Under the pieces are notes generated by a model. The model did no database searches, was not told the origin of the DNA, and saw only the letters and a list, made by a program, of their open reading frames with translations. A DNA stretch of 64,000 nt from a virus (lineage: Duplodnaviria; Heunggongvirae; Uroviricota; Caudoviricetes), in IMG/VR virus record IMGVR_UViG_3300045988_149737; one strand, 5' to 3'. Positions 54,701-64,000 of the stretch are shown piece after piece (position 1 is the stretch's first letter; each line of letters starts with the position of its first letter). The translations under genes were made by a program, and so were the position numbers.

Positions 54701-56342
54701 TGCGGCCAAGAAGGAACAGGCAGCGCAACAGAAACTGGCAGCCGGATACCAGAAGGCTCTGGACAAAGCTGATCAGCTTATGGGGCAAATGGGTGAAAGC
54801 TCTAAGGCTACGGTATCGTTTGATCAGTCTCTTCGCGATACAACGAAATCGCTGACAGATTTGGCTAATGCGGTACCTAACGAGTTCATCACTCAAGAGA
54901 TGATCGACAAGGCGAAAAAACGTCTTGAAGACCTCAAAAATGCGACACCTGAATATCGCGAGATGTTTAATCGCCGCAATGTTGAGCAGATGATCTCCAC
55001 TTGGGCACCGGAGGCGGATTCCATTGTTAGTGCTGGCTATACGCCGTCTCGCGAAGAGAAAGTTGCTGATTTCGAAGACACCTACAACCGCAATCTCAAA
55101 GCGTTGATAGAACTTCGTGATAAGGCGTCTGATCCTAAAGTTGTGGCGCTTTATACAAAGAAAATCAATCAACTGATTGCTGCTGGCAATACCGCGCTTA
55201 TTAAAGAGACGGGGACTGCGACGCAGAAGTTGGCACTGGAATACGAAAATCTGGCAGAGCAGATCGAAAGCACCTGGACTGATTTGTTTAGTGGCTTAAC
55301 TGATGTCCTGACTGATTTCGTTATTAACGGGAAGATGAGCTTCTCCAGCCTATCTCAGTCCATTTTGAAAGATATCACCAATATGGTCGTGAAGTCGCAG
55401 ATCACGCTGCCTCTAATGAACATGTTGGGGATGGGAACCACCGCAGCTGGTAGTTCACAGAGTGGTAATTTGCTCACCGGGGTTGCTTCCGCAGTTGCCA
55501 ATCAAGGTGTGCGCATAAGCAACACTGTTAATGGCGACAAGTCGGTAGGAGAAGCCACGAAGGAGACGTCCAGTTCGGTAACTGGATTGGGGCAAACGAC
55601 ACAGCAGACCACCAGCGCAATTGGCACAGCAACAAATGCGATTGGTAGCTGGGTATCAGGGCTATTTAATAGCACCGAAGCCAAAGATGCTGAGACAAAA
55701 GCAGTGAAGGACTCCATCTTCTCGATGCAGAACCTCAGCTCTGTTACCGGCGCTCTGTCTGCCGCGTTTGCAATGCTTGGAGCTAATGCTTCCGGCTCTG
55801 GTAATAAGTGGTTGAATTTCGGCGCGACAGTTGCATCTGGTTTGGTTTCAGTATGGGCTGGTGGTGGATTCGATGGATTGATGTCCGGTTCTTCTGGCTC
55901 AACTTCCGGGTTCAACAATCTGACCAGTTCTGCTGCCGATGGCACGAATGGTATTCCTGCAATTCCGAAGTTTGCAAATGGTGGCATATTCGGAAAAGAC
56001 GGCGTGATCCCGCTCCGGGCATACCAGAAAGGCGGTATCGCCAACTCACCTCAATTGGCGTTGTTTGGGGAAGGCGATATGAATGAGGCGTATGTTCCAT
56101 TGCCTGATGGTCGAACAATCCCTGTAACGCTCAGTACCGATGGTATGAGTGGAGGAGGAAATGTTCTTTCTCCTGTATCAATTGAGATCAACGTCCATAG
56201 TGACGGTAGCACAACTGAATCCGGCGATACAGAAAGCATATGGAACAATGCCGCTCAACGGATGAAAGCAATCGCGCTTGAGACTATCGCTCAAGAGAAA
56301 CGCCCTGGCGGATCACTCAACCCAAACACTCAACGTAACTAA
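51750..56342 (+). CDS. tail tape measure protein
   Basis: 1530 aa, helix-rich and Ala/Gly-rich; between chaperone and gpM/L/K/I/J-like genes. Confidence 0.9.
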   Translation: MAEDDKGMSQNVEFILSLEDKQFTASIDRAGKLLTRFGEQVTKPAQKIQTFERSLGSVARIIGVLESKLDSTADKLQDVAAGFELASDATRKMRGNITSLNSGLKSLIERVDTTTSSVDKLTASLRKVQSELNDFSDWATYASKSASRFGTEVKEASASVSGMNTRLNTTTKRLSNWGVTTSQAAEGLKKVREQMDEVIGRQQLISKPVRVRTSGSGDGGSGRRSGASGHSGKSNEGGMFSGLRGNIFLLGEIGDAARTVTDIMFGWQKPIVEAAAEMERMRVMLRGLNKEKSNPGQAAADDMKYIVDMAQNAPFAMQALTDSFVKFRSAGLDPTDGSLKALVDSVARFGGDSELLKRAAVAVQQMSGKGVVSMEELRQQLGEAVPNAMQAMADAAGITMGELTKAVASGTVEAKQALSLMFVGLRAENENAAKDMMQTYTGALAQLQTSFTLFADRVGQAGYLDSLSKGMKELASIMNSAEGISFANSLGSGLTTAIDGLRQLAQWLAKNQELVINLGKVVAAMVAFKLMRAGIMGVVGAGSQMVSTFATMATAIQTPFNLGATAVTRFNRAARMGLAPIPSLIFAIRGAITGLKGAFAGLTAFIAANPIGAAFTVATVAVAGLITYMTMLRSETSKVVDEIRKIPEAMTAAKRAQMADRAEKLEKQILADQRALKTGEGVNYVSNSAGVITHKESKADIEARLKKNQEEYQKITGTIALGDGAVAKRLAKEAAESQIEKIRAENQVFAATFVKARQEALDKIQKINDDGSLSDDEKNKLLAPLRETVNKSYLEPAQKLVDSLSSRKNATEKQIATLNDQLEKAKKDGNTEQIQKLQGSIRGYQEHLEAVAQELTQAEFERDNAAKTGKGVMSNQGTVLGLGTTDKAAQKALAQYMRNQMDSATYQRTLPDGTPMMDFEGKPIIGPKQLKTQLNLQKASSASSLEKMSDEERAAAIAALTKAREQDAAAAEKAAQRSANASQRAAKKEQAAQQKLAAGYQKALDKADQLMGQMGESSKATVSFDQSLRDTTKSLTDLANAVPNEFITQEMIDKAKKRLEDLKNATPEYREMFNRRNVEQMISTWAPEADSIVSAGYTPSREEKVADFEDTYNRNLKALIELRDKASDPKVVALYTKKINQLIAAGNTALIKETGTATQKLALEYENLAEQIESTWTDLFSGLTDVLTDFVINGKMSFSSLSQSILKDITNMVVKSQITLPLMNMLGMGTTAAGSSQSGNLLTGVASAVANQGVRISNTVNGDKSVGEATKETSSSVTGLGQTTQQTTSAIGTATNAIGSWVSGLFNSTEAKDAETKAVKDSIFSMQNLSSVTGALSAAFAMLGANASGSGNKWLNFGATVASGLVSVWAGGGFDGLMSGSSGSTSGFNNLTSSAADGTNGIPAIPKFANGGIFGKDGVIPLRAYQKGGIANSPQLALFGEGDMNEAYVPLPDGRTIPVTLSTDGMSGGGNVLSPVSIEINVHSDGSTTESGDTESIWNNAAQRMKAIALETIAQEKRPGGSLNPNTQRN

Positions 56343-56384
56343 CTATCGACTGCCCCGACCGGGGCAGTCTCACAAGGATGTGAG

Positions 56385-56720
56385 ATGGAAAGACAAACGT
56401 TTAATTGGTATCCAGATTACGAATCTGAAAAAAGCGTAAAACCGAATGTAACGGTACTTAATTTTGGTGATGACTACGAGCAGCGACAGGCTCAAGGTCT
56501 TAATCGTATTAAAGAAGAATGGTCGTTAACCTTTACCAGATCATACAACGAAATTAATGCAATCGATGACTTCCTGACTGAGCGATCAGGCGTTGAATCG
56601 TTCTATTGGGTTAATCCAAGAGGCAAGCAGATTGTAGTTGTATGTGACAGTCATACGGTCAAGAGATATCAGGGGTACTGTGTCTTAACTGCTACATTCA
56701 GACAAGTATTTGAGGCTTAA
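56385..56720 (+). CDS. minor tail protein (lambda gpM-like)
   Basis: 111 aa; FGDDYEQRQAQGLN and SFYW resemble lambda M FGDGYSQRAPAGLN and SFLW. Confidence 0.6.
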   Translation: MERQTFNWYPDYESEKSVKPNVTVLNFGDDYEQRQAQGLNRIKEEWSLTFTRSYNEINAIDDFLTERSGVESFYWVNPRGKQIVVVCDSHTVKRYQGYCVLTATFRQVFEA

Positions 56721-56811
56721 GCATCTGGATAAGTAAGTACTAATTTACTATCATTGTGGCGCTGACAGGATGTTAGCGCCTACTTATTTCAAGGATGAAA
56801 CAATGGGAATT

Positions 56812-57501
56812 AAAGCTGATATTCAGAGCTTATCTCCCTCTGCACTCATTGAGTTGTTCGTACTGGATATGTCGAACACAACTTCAGGGGGGAAGCTATT
56901 CTTCCACGCCGGAACAAACGAACTGATGCAACCGGTCGTCTGGCAAGGAGTGACATATGAGCCGTGGCCAATAAAAGCATCAGGCTTTGACAAAACGGGC
57001 CAGGGAACGTTGCCACGTCCAAAAATTCAGGTATCGAACTTTGCCGGAACCGTCTCTGCGGAAGTTCAGGCGAACGACGATCTTGTTGGCTGCCGCATTA
57101 TTCGCAAGATGACGCTGGCTCGCTTCCTCGATGCCGTTAATTTTAAAGACGGCAACCCAACAGCAGATCCAAACCAACATTTCCCGGATGAAATGTGGTT
57201 TATCGAACAGAAAACTCTCGAAACTCATCAGGTTGTCGAGTTTGAATTGTCCAGTGTGTTCGATTTGATGGGGGTGCAACTGCCGTATCGTCAGATCATT
57301 AAAAACACCTGCCCGTGGAAATACCGAGGGCCAGAATGCGGCTATACCGGCCCATATTTCGACAAAAATAACCAGCAGACGTCTATGTCTGGTGCTGATT
57401 ACTGCACAAAACGTTATGACGCCTGTAATGCGCGTCGGAATTATTTTGCCAACGGTGTGATCCATTTTGGCGGATTTATTGGAGCTACGCGGTATGGGTA
57501 A
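56812..57501 (+). CDS. minor tail protein (lambda gpL-like)
   Basis: ATG at 56812 with RBS aagga; conserved C-terminal CPWKYRGPECGY cysteine motif. Confidence 0.8.
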   Translation, partial: KADIQSLSPSALIELFVLDMSNTTSGGKLFFHAGTNELMQPVVWQGVTYEPWPIKASGFDKTGQGTLPRPKIQVSNFAGTVSAEVQANDDLVGCRIIRKMTLARFLDAVNFKDGNPTADPNQHFPDEMWFIEQKTLETHQVVEFELSSVFDLMGVQLPYRQIIKNTCPWKYRGPECGYTGPYFDKNNQQTSMSGADYCTKRYDACNARRNYFANGVIHFGGFIGATRYG

Positions 57502-58291
57502 TAAAGCAATTCCTGAGCTTGGCTCTGACGTTATGCAGCAAATCTATCTCTGCGCCATAAATCGCTACCCTAATGAAGCGTGTGGCTTTCTGGTTAGAAC
57601 TAATGGCGACAAATATCGCTTTATGGAAGCGCGGAATGTATCGGAGAACCCGCAGAACACTTTTGTAATGCACGTTGACGACATTATAGCGGCAGAGGAT
57701 GCAGGTGACGTAATTGCAATCTGGCATTCACATACTGATGAATCAGCAGAAGCATCTGATGCCGATCGTGCTGGCTGTGAAGCGACGGAAGTTCCGTGGA
57801 TGATTCTGGCTATTCGCAAGAATGTTGAGGGAGATGCCCCTTTCCATTTTAGCGAGATGAATGTGATCACACCTGATGGTTTCGAAATGCCATACCTGGG
57901 CAGACCGTATGTATTTGGCGTATTCGATTGCTGGATGTTGTGTCGGGACTATCTGAAGCGTGAGTTTAACGTCGAGCTTAACCCGAACGCACACCTGCAT
58001 ATCCCATCATGGTACACCGGCGATAACGACATTCTCGACAAGAACTACCGAAACGAAGGATTGGTACGGCTTGCGCCCGGAACAGAGCCTCAACGTGGGG
58101 ACGTCTTCTTTATCCAATACGGAAAAATGCCTGACCACTGTGCGGTTTATATCGGCGATGGAATGATTCTTCATCACCAGATCGACCGCCTTAGTTGTCG
58201 TGCTTATTACGGCGGGATGTATCAGAAACATACGACGCATCACTTGCGTCACAGAGACTTGCTCAAGGGAGATGAGACGTGTCTGAGTTAG
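57467..58291 (+). CDS. tail assembly protein (lambda gpK-like; MPN/JAMM + NlpC/P60-like)
   Basis: JAMM-like IWHSHTDESAEASDAD; Cys (FDCWMLCRDY) and His (HCAVYIGDGMILHH) of an NlpC/P60-like domain; alternative start 57494. Confidence 0.8.
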   Translation: MADLLELRGMGNKAIPELGSDVMQQIYLCAINRYPNEACGFLVRTNGDKYRFMEARNVSENPQNTFVMHVDDIIAAEDAGDVIAIWHSHTDESAEASDADRAGCEATEVPWMILAIRKNVEGDAPFHFSEMNVITPDGFEMPYLGRPYVFGVFDCWMLCRDYLKREFNVELNPNAHLHIPSWYTGDNDILDKNYRNEGLVRLAPGTEPQRGDVFFIQYGKMPDHCAVYIGDGMILHHQIDRLSCRAYYGGMYQKHTTHHLRHRDLLKGDETCLS

Positions 58292-58872
58292 TTCATGTGC
58301 AGCTTGGCGGCCCTATGGCCAAACATTTTGGCCGCCACTGGCATCTAAAGGTGCGCAATACAAAACAGGCTCTGGATTTAATTGAGGCCAACAAGCCAGG
58401 GTTTAAAGCATGGATGAAGCGCAACATCAAAACCTATGACAGATACCACATCCAGATCACCAATAAACAGGGCCACAAGTGGTCTGTGGACGAGAGTGAA
58501 TATCAGATGATGGGGCAGTCTGACAACATTGCCAAAATCCGCATTACCCCTGTTCCGCGAGGAAGCGGTGGATCTGCTTTTGGGTGGTTTCAGACGGTAG
58601 TAGGGGCCGCTTTGTTGGTTGTATCGGCGGTAATGATGCCTGCTTTAGCACCTCTAGGTTTGTCACTAATGATGGGCGGCATATCACAAATAATATCGCC
58701 GCAAGCCACTAACGAAAGTGTGAGACAGGCAGATAACTCGAACTCTTATTATTTCGACGGCCCTCAAAATACAGAAAACCAGGGCAACCCAGTACAACTT
58801 ATCTATGGCGAGGAAATTCTGGTTGGCTCACAGGTTGTGAGTTCTTCAATCACGATTGACCAGCTAATGTAA
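58279..58872 (+). CDS. tail assembly protein (lambda gpI-like)
   Basis: 197 aa; hydrophobic C-terminal half; position between K-like and J-like genes; GTG start. Confidence 0.65.
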   Translation: MSELVHVQLGGPMAKHFGRHWHLKVRNTKQALDLIEANKPGFKAWMKRNIKTYDRYHIQITNKQGHKWSVDESEYQMMGQSDNIAKIRITPVPRGSGGSAFGWFQTVVGAALLVVSAVMMPALAPLGLSLMMGGISQIISPQATNESVRQADNSNSYYFDGPQNTENQGNPVQLIYGEEILVGSQVVSSSITIDQLM

Positions 58873-58883
58873 ACAAGGATTTT

Positions 58884-61800
58884 TTGAACATGGAACAGTT
58901 CAAGAAGAAAAAGCTACCGCTGTTTATTGCCGGTGCGGGTGGTAAAAAAAGCAGCAAAAGCTCCAGCCGTACACCGGTTGAAGCCGACGATACCGTAAAT
59001 TCTCGTGCAATGGCCGCTATCCTCGATCTTCTTGGGGAAGGGGTAATTGGCGGTTTAGTAAATGGCGCAAGATCTATTTTTATCGACGATCTGCCGATTG
59101 TAAATGAAGACGGTTCCTCCAACTTCAGCGGAATCACATGGGATTTTCGCGACGGTTCACAAGACCAGACTCCAATGTCTGGCTTTGATTTCGTTGAAAC
59201 GCCTAAATCCGTCAATATCCAGTTAAAAAAAACACATTATGTAACGGTTTCAATCGATAACGATGAAGCTGATCGGGTTCGTGTCATCATGAAGTTTCCT
59301 TCTTTGCGAAGCATAGATAAAAAAACTGGTGACACGAACGGTACAACCGTTGAGTACAAGTTCCAGATAGCAAATGGCGACTCAACATTTGTAGATGTGG
59401 TCGCAGAAGGTGAAAAAAGCGTTGGCATTAAGCTAACAGCAAAGAAGACAGGTGTTTATTACCGTAGCTATGAGCTGAAGCTGCCTAAGCCTGGACGCGC
59501 ATACAAGGTTCGTGTAGTCCGTATTACCGATGATAACAGCAGCCAGTATCTCTATAACGATACATGGGTGGATTCAATAGGTGAGATTGTCGATACACCG
59601 ATGAACTACCCAAACTCTGTGCTGGTGGGGTTGAAGGTTAATTCTGAGCAGTTCGGCAGCACTATGCCTTCTCGCTCTTATCTGGTGCGTGGCCTAAAAA
59701 TTCGTGTGCCATCAAACTATAACGAATCCAGTAACACTTACGTTGGAGTATGGGACGGTACGTTTAAGCTGCTGTCTTCATCCAATCCAGCCTGGATTCT
59801 TTTCGACCTGTTAACGAATGAACGATATGGGCTTGGCCAATTTGTATCAGAGTCCATGATTGATCTCGGCCAGCTGTACCAGATCGGTCGATATTGTGAC
59901 GAAGAGGTTGATGATGGCTTTGGTGGCAAAGAGAAACGTTTTGCAATCAATACGCAGATTACCAGTCGACAGGACGCATACCGACTAATTCAGGATATTG
60001 CTGGAGCATTCCGCGGCATGGTGTTTTGGGCTGGTGGCATGGTTAACATCATGCAGGATAGCCCGTCAGATCCGGTAATGATGTTTACCAACTCTAACGT
60101 CAAAGATGGATTGTTTACCTATAAAGGTTCTGCGCGTAAAGATCGCCCATCCGTTGCGCTCGTAACCTACAACAACAAGGAGGACGGTTATAAGCAAAAC
60201 ATCGAGTACGTTGAAGATCAGGACGCAATGCGCCGTTATGGTGAGCGTAAGACAGAAGTCGTAGCATTTGGCTGTACAAGCCGAGGCCAGGCCCACCGAG
60301 TTGGTTTATGGCTTTTGTATACAGCCAGAATGGAGTCGGATGTAATTACATTTACTGCCGGCTTAGATGCGTCATTCCTGATGCCTGGTGAAACCGTTCT
60401 GATTCAGAACAAATATCGCGCAGGCAAACGTAACTCAGGTCGAATTGTGGCGTTTACCAAAAACAGCGTCACACTCGATGCGCCTGTGTCGTTAGCCAAA
60501 GGCGGCTGCTTTATTCGAATACTGAATCAGGAAGGCAAAATCGTTGAACGCGATGTTCTTGAAACTGGCGAAAATATAACAAAAGTTACGTTTTCAAAAG
60601 CCCTGTCTTCGGCTGAAACGCCTGTTTTGAACGGCGTCTGGACTATTACAGAACCAGACCTCGAACCTATGCGCGTTCGCATTGTTAACATAGCACAGGG
60701 GGAAACGCCGGGTAGCTTTGACATCACCGCTGTTGAGAACAATCCGTCTAAATATGAGGCGATCGATAATGGTGCAACGCTTATCCCGCAGAATACGACG
60801 GTATTGGACCCGACTTATTCCAAGCCGTCTAATTTGCAAATCACTGAAGGGACTTATCTCTCAAGCCCTGGCAACCTGTCAGTAAAACTGACTGCAACAT
60901 GGGAAGGGAAATCTCCAGAGTATTGGATCAGTTGGCGACGTTCTGATGAAAACAATGTATCGAACTGGCAATCGGCGCGTGTAACCGAAGAGCAATACGA
61001 AATCGTTAATGTTGCGGAGAATGGACGCTACGACTTCCAGCTGTATGCGGTTTCATTCAACGGTAAAAAAACAGAGATTATCAGTACCGTTTATCAGGTG
61101 CTGGGCACAATGACACCGCCAGATGCCCCAACGTCATTAACGGCCGTTGGAGACTATCGTAATGTGATACTGAATTGGGTTAATCCAGATTCGGTAGACC
61201 TTGATCACATTAATGTTTACGCATCCCAGGCCAACAATCTGGATACAGCGAAACTGATCGCAGAGTCTGCAAGCACCACCTTTACACATGCTGGTCTTGG
61301 GGATAGCGAAACGTGGTATTACTGGGTTCGTGCGTCAAACAAGCGCGGTATGTTGAGTCCTCCGAACTCAAACTTGGGTACAGAGGCGACGACTCGCGAT
61401 GTGCTGTCGTTCCTGACAGGCAAAATTACGTCTTCTGAACTTGGCCAGACTTTACTTGAGGAAATCGACTCAAAAGTATCTCAGGAGGCGGTGGATTCCA
61501 TCTATCAACAGATGGAAGAAAGTCTGAAAATCCTCGATGACAAATTTACAGATGCCGATCAGCGGCTTGAAGAAGCTCAAAACAATCTTAAAACGGAAGT
61601 TTCCGGTACTGTCAGCAAGGTGGAACACGCACTTAAGGAGGTTGCAAACTCTAACGCTGCCTTAATTCAGTTGCAGGAAACTGTATCAGAGCAGGGTAAA
61701 GCTGTAGCTGGAGCTGTTGAGGCGGCAAATGCAGCACTTGACAATTCATCGGCTTTAATTGCGGAGGAGCGTGAAGCACGAGTTGAGGGTGACTTGGCAA

Positions 61801-63050
61801 ACGCGAAAGAAATCGAGGCGATGAAGTCAACTGTAGATAGCAGTTTAGCCACCATTGAAGAAATGAAAAAAACCGTGGCTGAAGTTGAACGTTCTAGTGC
61901 CGAAGTTACGACAAATATTGAGGCATTGGCTAAAACAAACATCGATCTTGCTTTGCGTCAGGATGAAGATCAGCACAAGCAGATGGTGAGTAATGCGAAG
62001 ATCACCACAACTCAGAAGGCTTTTGCAGACGATATATCTGCAATGGCTACGAAAATGGAGGAAATTCGCGCTGAAATAAATGAGGATATCAGAGCTTCAA
62101 TCACTGAAGAAACAACGGCTCGTGTAGATGCTGATAATGCTATTGCAAGCAGAATCACCAAACTTGAATCAAAGATTAACGATGATATTTCTGCCGCAAT
62201 TGTGAGTGAACAAGAGGCACGAGCTAGTGCCGATGAAGCACTTTCAAAAGAAATACTATCGTTACAAGCCAAAATTGAAGGCGATATTAGTGCAGCTATA
62301 TCTGAAGAAAAAATTGCCCGAGCAACTGCTGATGAATCTTTAGCACAACAGATAACCACATTGAAGAGCCAGACGGGTAAAGATATTAAGGCGGCTGTAG
62401 CAGAAGAGACGAAAGCCAGAACTGACGCTGATTCGGCTTTGGCTTCTAGCATCACTAATCTACAGGCGCAAACGAGCAAAGATATTAATGCCGCGATTAC
62501 GTCTGAGGCGACTGTGCGCACAAACGCCGACAATGCTCTAAGTGGACGAATTGACACCTTAAAAGCATCAGTTGATGGAAATACAGCGACAATTCAAGAG
62601 CAGGCAACTGCTATTGCTGATACTAACAAAAAGGTTTCAACCGCGTGGACGTTGAAGATGGAAACGTCAACAAGTGGTGGGCAAAAATATGTCGCAGGTA
62701 TTGCGCTTGGAATTGACACCACGGGGCTTTCCCAGTTTTTGGTGCAAGCAGATCGATTTGGTCTAGTCAACTCAGTTAACGGAAAGATCACCACACCATT
62801 TGTTATCGAAAACAGCGTTGCATACATGAATGGTGCGTATATTAAGGATGGTACTATCACAAATGCAAAGGTAGGTGACTTGCAATCAACAAACTTCGTA
62901 AGCGGACGAGCCGGATGGCGATTTGGTAAAAATGGAACGCTTGAGATCAACGGCAATAGTGGCGGCAATGGGAGATTGGTTATAAATGGTCAGAGGATTG
63001 ACGTTTATGATGACAATAATGTCCTTCGAGTGAGGATTGGTCGGCTTTGA
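58884..63050 (+). CDS. central tail fibre / host specificity protein (lambda gpJ-like)
   Basis: 1388 aa; order M-L-K-I-J conserved; C-terminal third carries periodic ~26-aa helical repeats. Confidence 0.85.
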   Translation: MNMEQFKKKKLPLFIAGAGGKKSSKSSSRTPVEADDTVNSRAMAAILDLLGEGVIGGLVNGARSIFIDDLPIVNEDGSSNFSGITWDFRDGSQDQTPMSGFDFVETPKSVNIQLKKTHYVTVSIDNDEADRVRVIMKFPSLRSIDKKTGDTNGTTVEYKFQIANGDSTFVDVVAEGEKSVGIKLTAKKTGVYYRSYELKLPKPGRAYKVRVVRITDDNSSQYLYNDTWVDSIGEIVDTPMNYPNSVLVGLKVNSEQFGSTMPSRSYLVRGLKIRVPSNYNESSNTYVGVWDGTFKLLSSSNPAWILFDLLTNERYGLGQFVSESMIDLGQLYQIGRYCDEEVDDGFGGKEKRFAINTQITSRQDAYRLIQDIAGAFRGMVFWAGGMVNIMQDSPSDPVMMFTNSNVKDGLFTYKGSARKDRPSVALVTYNNKEDGYKQNIEYVEDQDAMRRYGERKTEVVAFGCTSRGQAHRVGLWLLYTARMESDVITFTAGLDASFLMPGETVLIQNKYRAGKRNSGRIVAFTKNSVTLDAPVSLAKGGCFIRILNQEGKIVERDVLETGENITKVTFSKALSSAETPVLNGVWTITEPDLEPMRVRIVNIAQGETPGSFDITAVENNPSKYEAIDNGATLIPQNTTVLDPTYSKPSNLQITEGTYLSSPGNLSVKLTATWEGKSPEYWISWRRSDENNVSNWQSARVTEEQYEIVNVAENGRYDFQLYAVSFNGKKTEIISTVYQVLGTMTPPDAPTSLTAVGDYRNVILNWVNPDSVDLDHINVYASQANNLDTAKLIAESASTTFTHAGLGDSETWYYWVRASNKRGMLSPPNSNLGTEATTRDVLSFLTGKITSSELGQTLLEEIDSKVSQEAVDSIYQQMEESLKILDDKFTDADQRLEEAQNNLKTEVSGTVSKVEHALKEVANSNAALIQLQETVSEQGKAVAGAVEAANAALDNSSALIAEEREARVEGDLANAKEIEAMKSTVDSSLATIEEMKKTVAEVERSSAEVTTNIEALAKTNIDLALRQDEDQHKQMVSNAKITTTQKAFADDISAMATKMEEIRAEINEDIRASITEETTARVDADNAIASRITKLESKINDDISAAIVSEQEARASADEALSKEILSLQAKIEGDISAAISEEKIARATADESLAQQITTLKSQTGKDIKAAVAEETKARTDADSALASSITNLQAQTSKDINAAITSEATVRTNADNALSGRIDTLKASVDGNTATIQEQATAIADTNKKVSTAWTLKMETSTSGGQKYVAGIALGIDTTGLSQFLVQADRFGLVNSVNGKITTPFVIENSVAYMNGAYIKDGTITNAKVGDLQSTNFVSGRAGWRFGKNGTLEINGNSGGNGRLVINGQRIDVYDDNNVLRVRIGRL

Positions 63051-63143
63051 TTGTGGAAAAAAATAATCATTTCTGTAAAAATAGGTAGGTACTAACTTAA
63101 TGGTGGGCATGGAACGCCCACCATATCTAGGAGCAAAGGATAA

Positions 63144-64000
63144 ATGTGGTACAGGGAAGGTACAATAAATCTCACTAAAGGAAATAAAGCTGTAGTGGGA
63201 ACAGGCACAGCCTGGGGAGTGACGGCGAACGGCGTCCTTCCAGGTATGATATTGATTGGCCCCGATAATAAGTTATATGAAATAAAATCAATCGAGAGTG
63301 ACACTTCGTTAACTCTTGTTGAAGCCTACGGTGGCAGCACCCAAACAAATGTTCCGTGCAGAATAATTACGACCTATGAAGGTGATTTGACCCAATTTAG
63401 TGCTCGTTTTACTGCGCTTATGTCTCGCATGTCAGCCGATTCAAAAATGATGCGTAGTTGGCTGACTGCTGTGGATGAAATAACAATTGAGCGTGAAGAT
63501 GGCACGGAATTAACCGTAAAATCCCTTACGCAGATCGTTAATGAGCACAATGAGAACCTAGAATGGTATAAAGAAAATACTCCCATAATTAACACCGCTG
63601 CACAAAAAGCTAAAGAGGCGGCAGCGAGCGCAACAGCGGCCAAAAAATCAGAAACTAACTCAAAAGCGAGTGAGACAGCTTCAAAGACCAGCGAAACTAA
63701 TGCGAAAAATAGCGAGGTAGCTGCAAAATCGAGTCAGAGTGCTGCCGCCAACTCCGCTACCGCAGCAAAAAACAGTCAGGATGCAGCAGCCGAAAGCGAG
63801 AGTGCTGCAGCTGGTTCTGCGACTTCAGCAGCTGGATCAGCAACTGCTGCGGCTAACAGCCAGAAAGCCGCGAAGACGAGCGAAACTAACGCAAAGTCCA
63901 GCCAGACGGCAGCGAAGACCAGCGAAACGAATGCTAAAGCCAGCGAAACTGCGGCGAAAAGCAGTCAGGATGCAGCGGCTCAAAGCGAGAGTGCCGCAGC
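63144..64000 (+). CDS. side tail fibre protein, 5' portion (runs off window end)
   Basis: ATG at 63144 with RBS aaagga; translated by hand: MWYREGTINLTKGNKAVVGTGTAWG..., then tandem Ser/Ala/Thr-rich SETNAK/SQDAAA repeats; no stop before position 64000. Confidence 0.7.
   Translation, partial: MWYREGTINLTKGNKAVVGTGTAWGVTANGVLPGMILIGPDNKLYEIKSIESDTSLTLVEAYGGSTQTNVPCRIITTYEGDLTQFSARFTALMSRMSADSKMMRSWLTAVDEITIEREDGTELTVKSLTQIVNEHNENLEWYKENTPIINTAAQKAKEAAASATAAKKSETNSKASETASKTSETNAKNSEVAAKSSQSAAANSATAAKNSQDAAAESESAAAGSATSAAGSATAAANSQKAAKTSETNAKSSQTAAKTSETNAKASETAAKSSQDAAAQSESAA

Noticed and set aside
52143-56044. Several minus-strand ORFs (52143-52682, 53264-53710, 54681-55172, 55502-56044)
   Set aside because: All antisense to the continuous 1530-aa tape measure gene.
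62012-62968. Minus-strand ORFs of 181 and 124 aa
   Set aside because: Antisense to the repeat region of the J-like gene; Ala/Ser-rich translation mirrors the sense repeats.
1-64000. Integrase, excisionase or classical parAB partition genes
   Set aside because: None recognised in this window; the temperate or plasmid lifestyle suggested by the SOS box and iteron-like repeats therefore remains unproven from this sequence alone.

Overview
The window reads as one densely coded siphovirus-type phage (or phage-plasmid) genome with a short host-chromosome-like block embedded in it. All calls rest on motif recognition by eye; no database search was run. From left to right: (1) a plus-strand early/nucleotide-metabolism region (RuvC-like resolvase, class Ia ribonucleotide reductase nrdAB, thymidylate synthase with unusual insertions, DHFR, P-loop kinase, DnaQ-like exonuclease, two amino-methyltransferases, RNase HI, Rel/SpoT-like HD hydrolase, TerB-like protein, many ORFans); (2) a roughly 4.5 kb block that looks enterobacterial-chromosomal (LexA box + standalone UmuD'-like gene, apbC/mrp, metG) with higher GC, flanked on both sides by phage sequence; (3) an array of small monocistronic ORFan cassettes sharing one promoter/operator architecture and near-identical hairpin terminators, bracketed by two long non-coding regions carrying a strand-skewed CA-rich tract and tandem GGGAAACGGC-type repeats; (4) a lower-GC minus-strand island (SF2 helicase, lipoprotein, secreted protein, ORFans); (5) two ParB-like proteins, a soluble ABC-type ATPase and a GNAT-like protein; (6) a packaging and morphogenesis module (terS, terL, portal, scaffold, HK97-like capsid, Ig-like decoration, lambda-like tail V/G-T/tape measure/M/L/K/I/J) and the start of a side tail fibre. 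Two palindrome families recur at gene starts across the whole window. No integrase, tRNA, rRNA, CRISPR array or clear lysis cassette was found. The candidate for something new is not one gene but several uncharacterised modules: the embedded host block, the ORFan cassette array with flanking iteron-like repeats, the ParB-ParB-ABC ATPase cluster and the minus-strand island.
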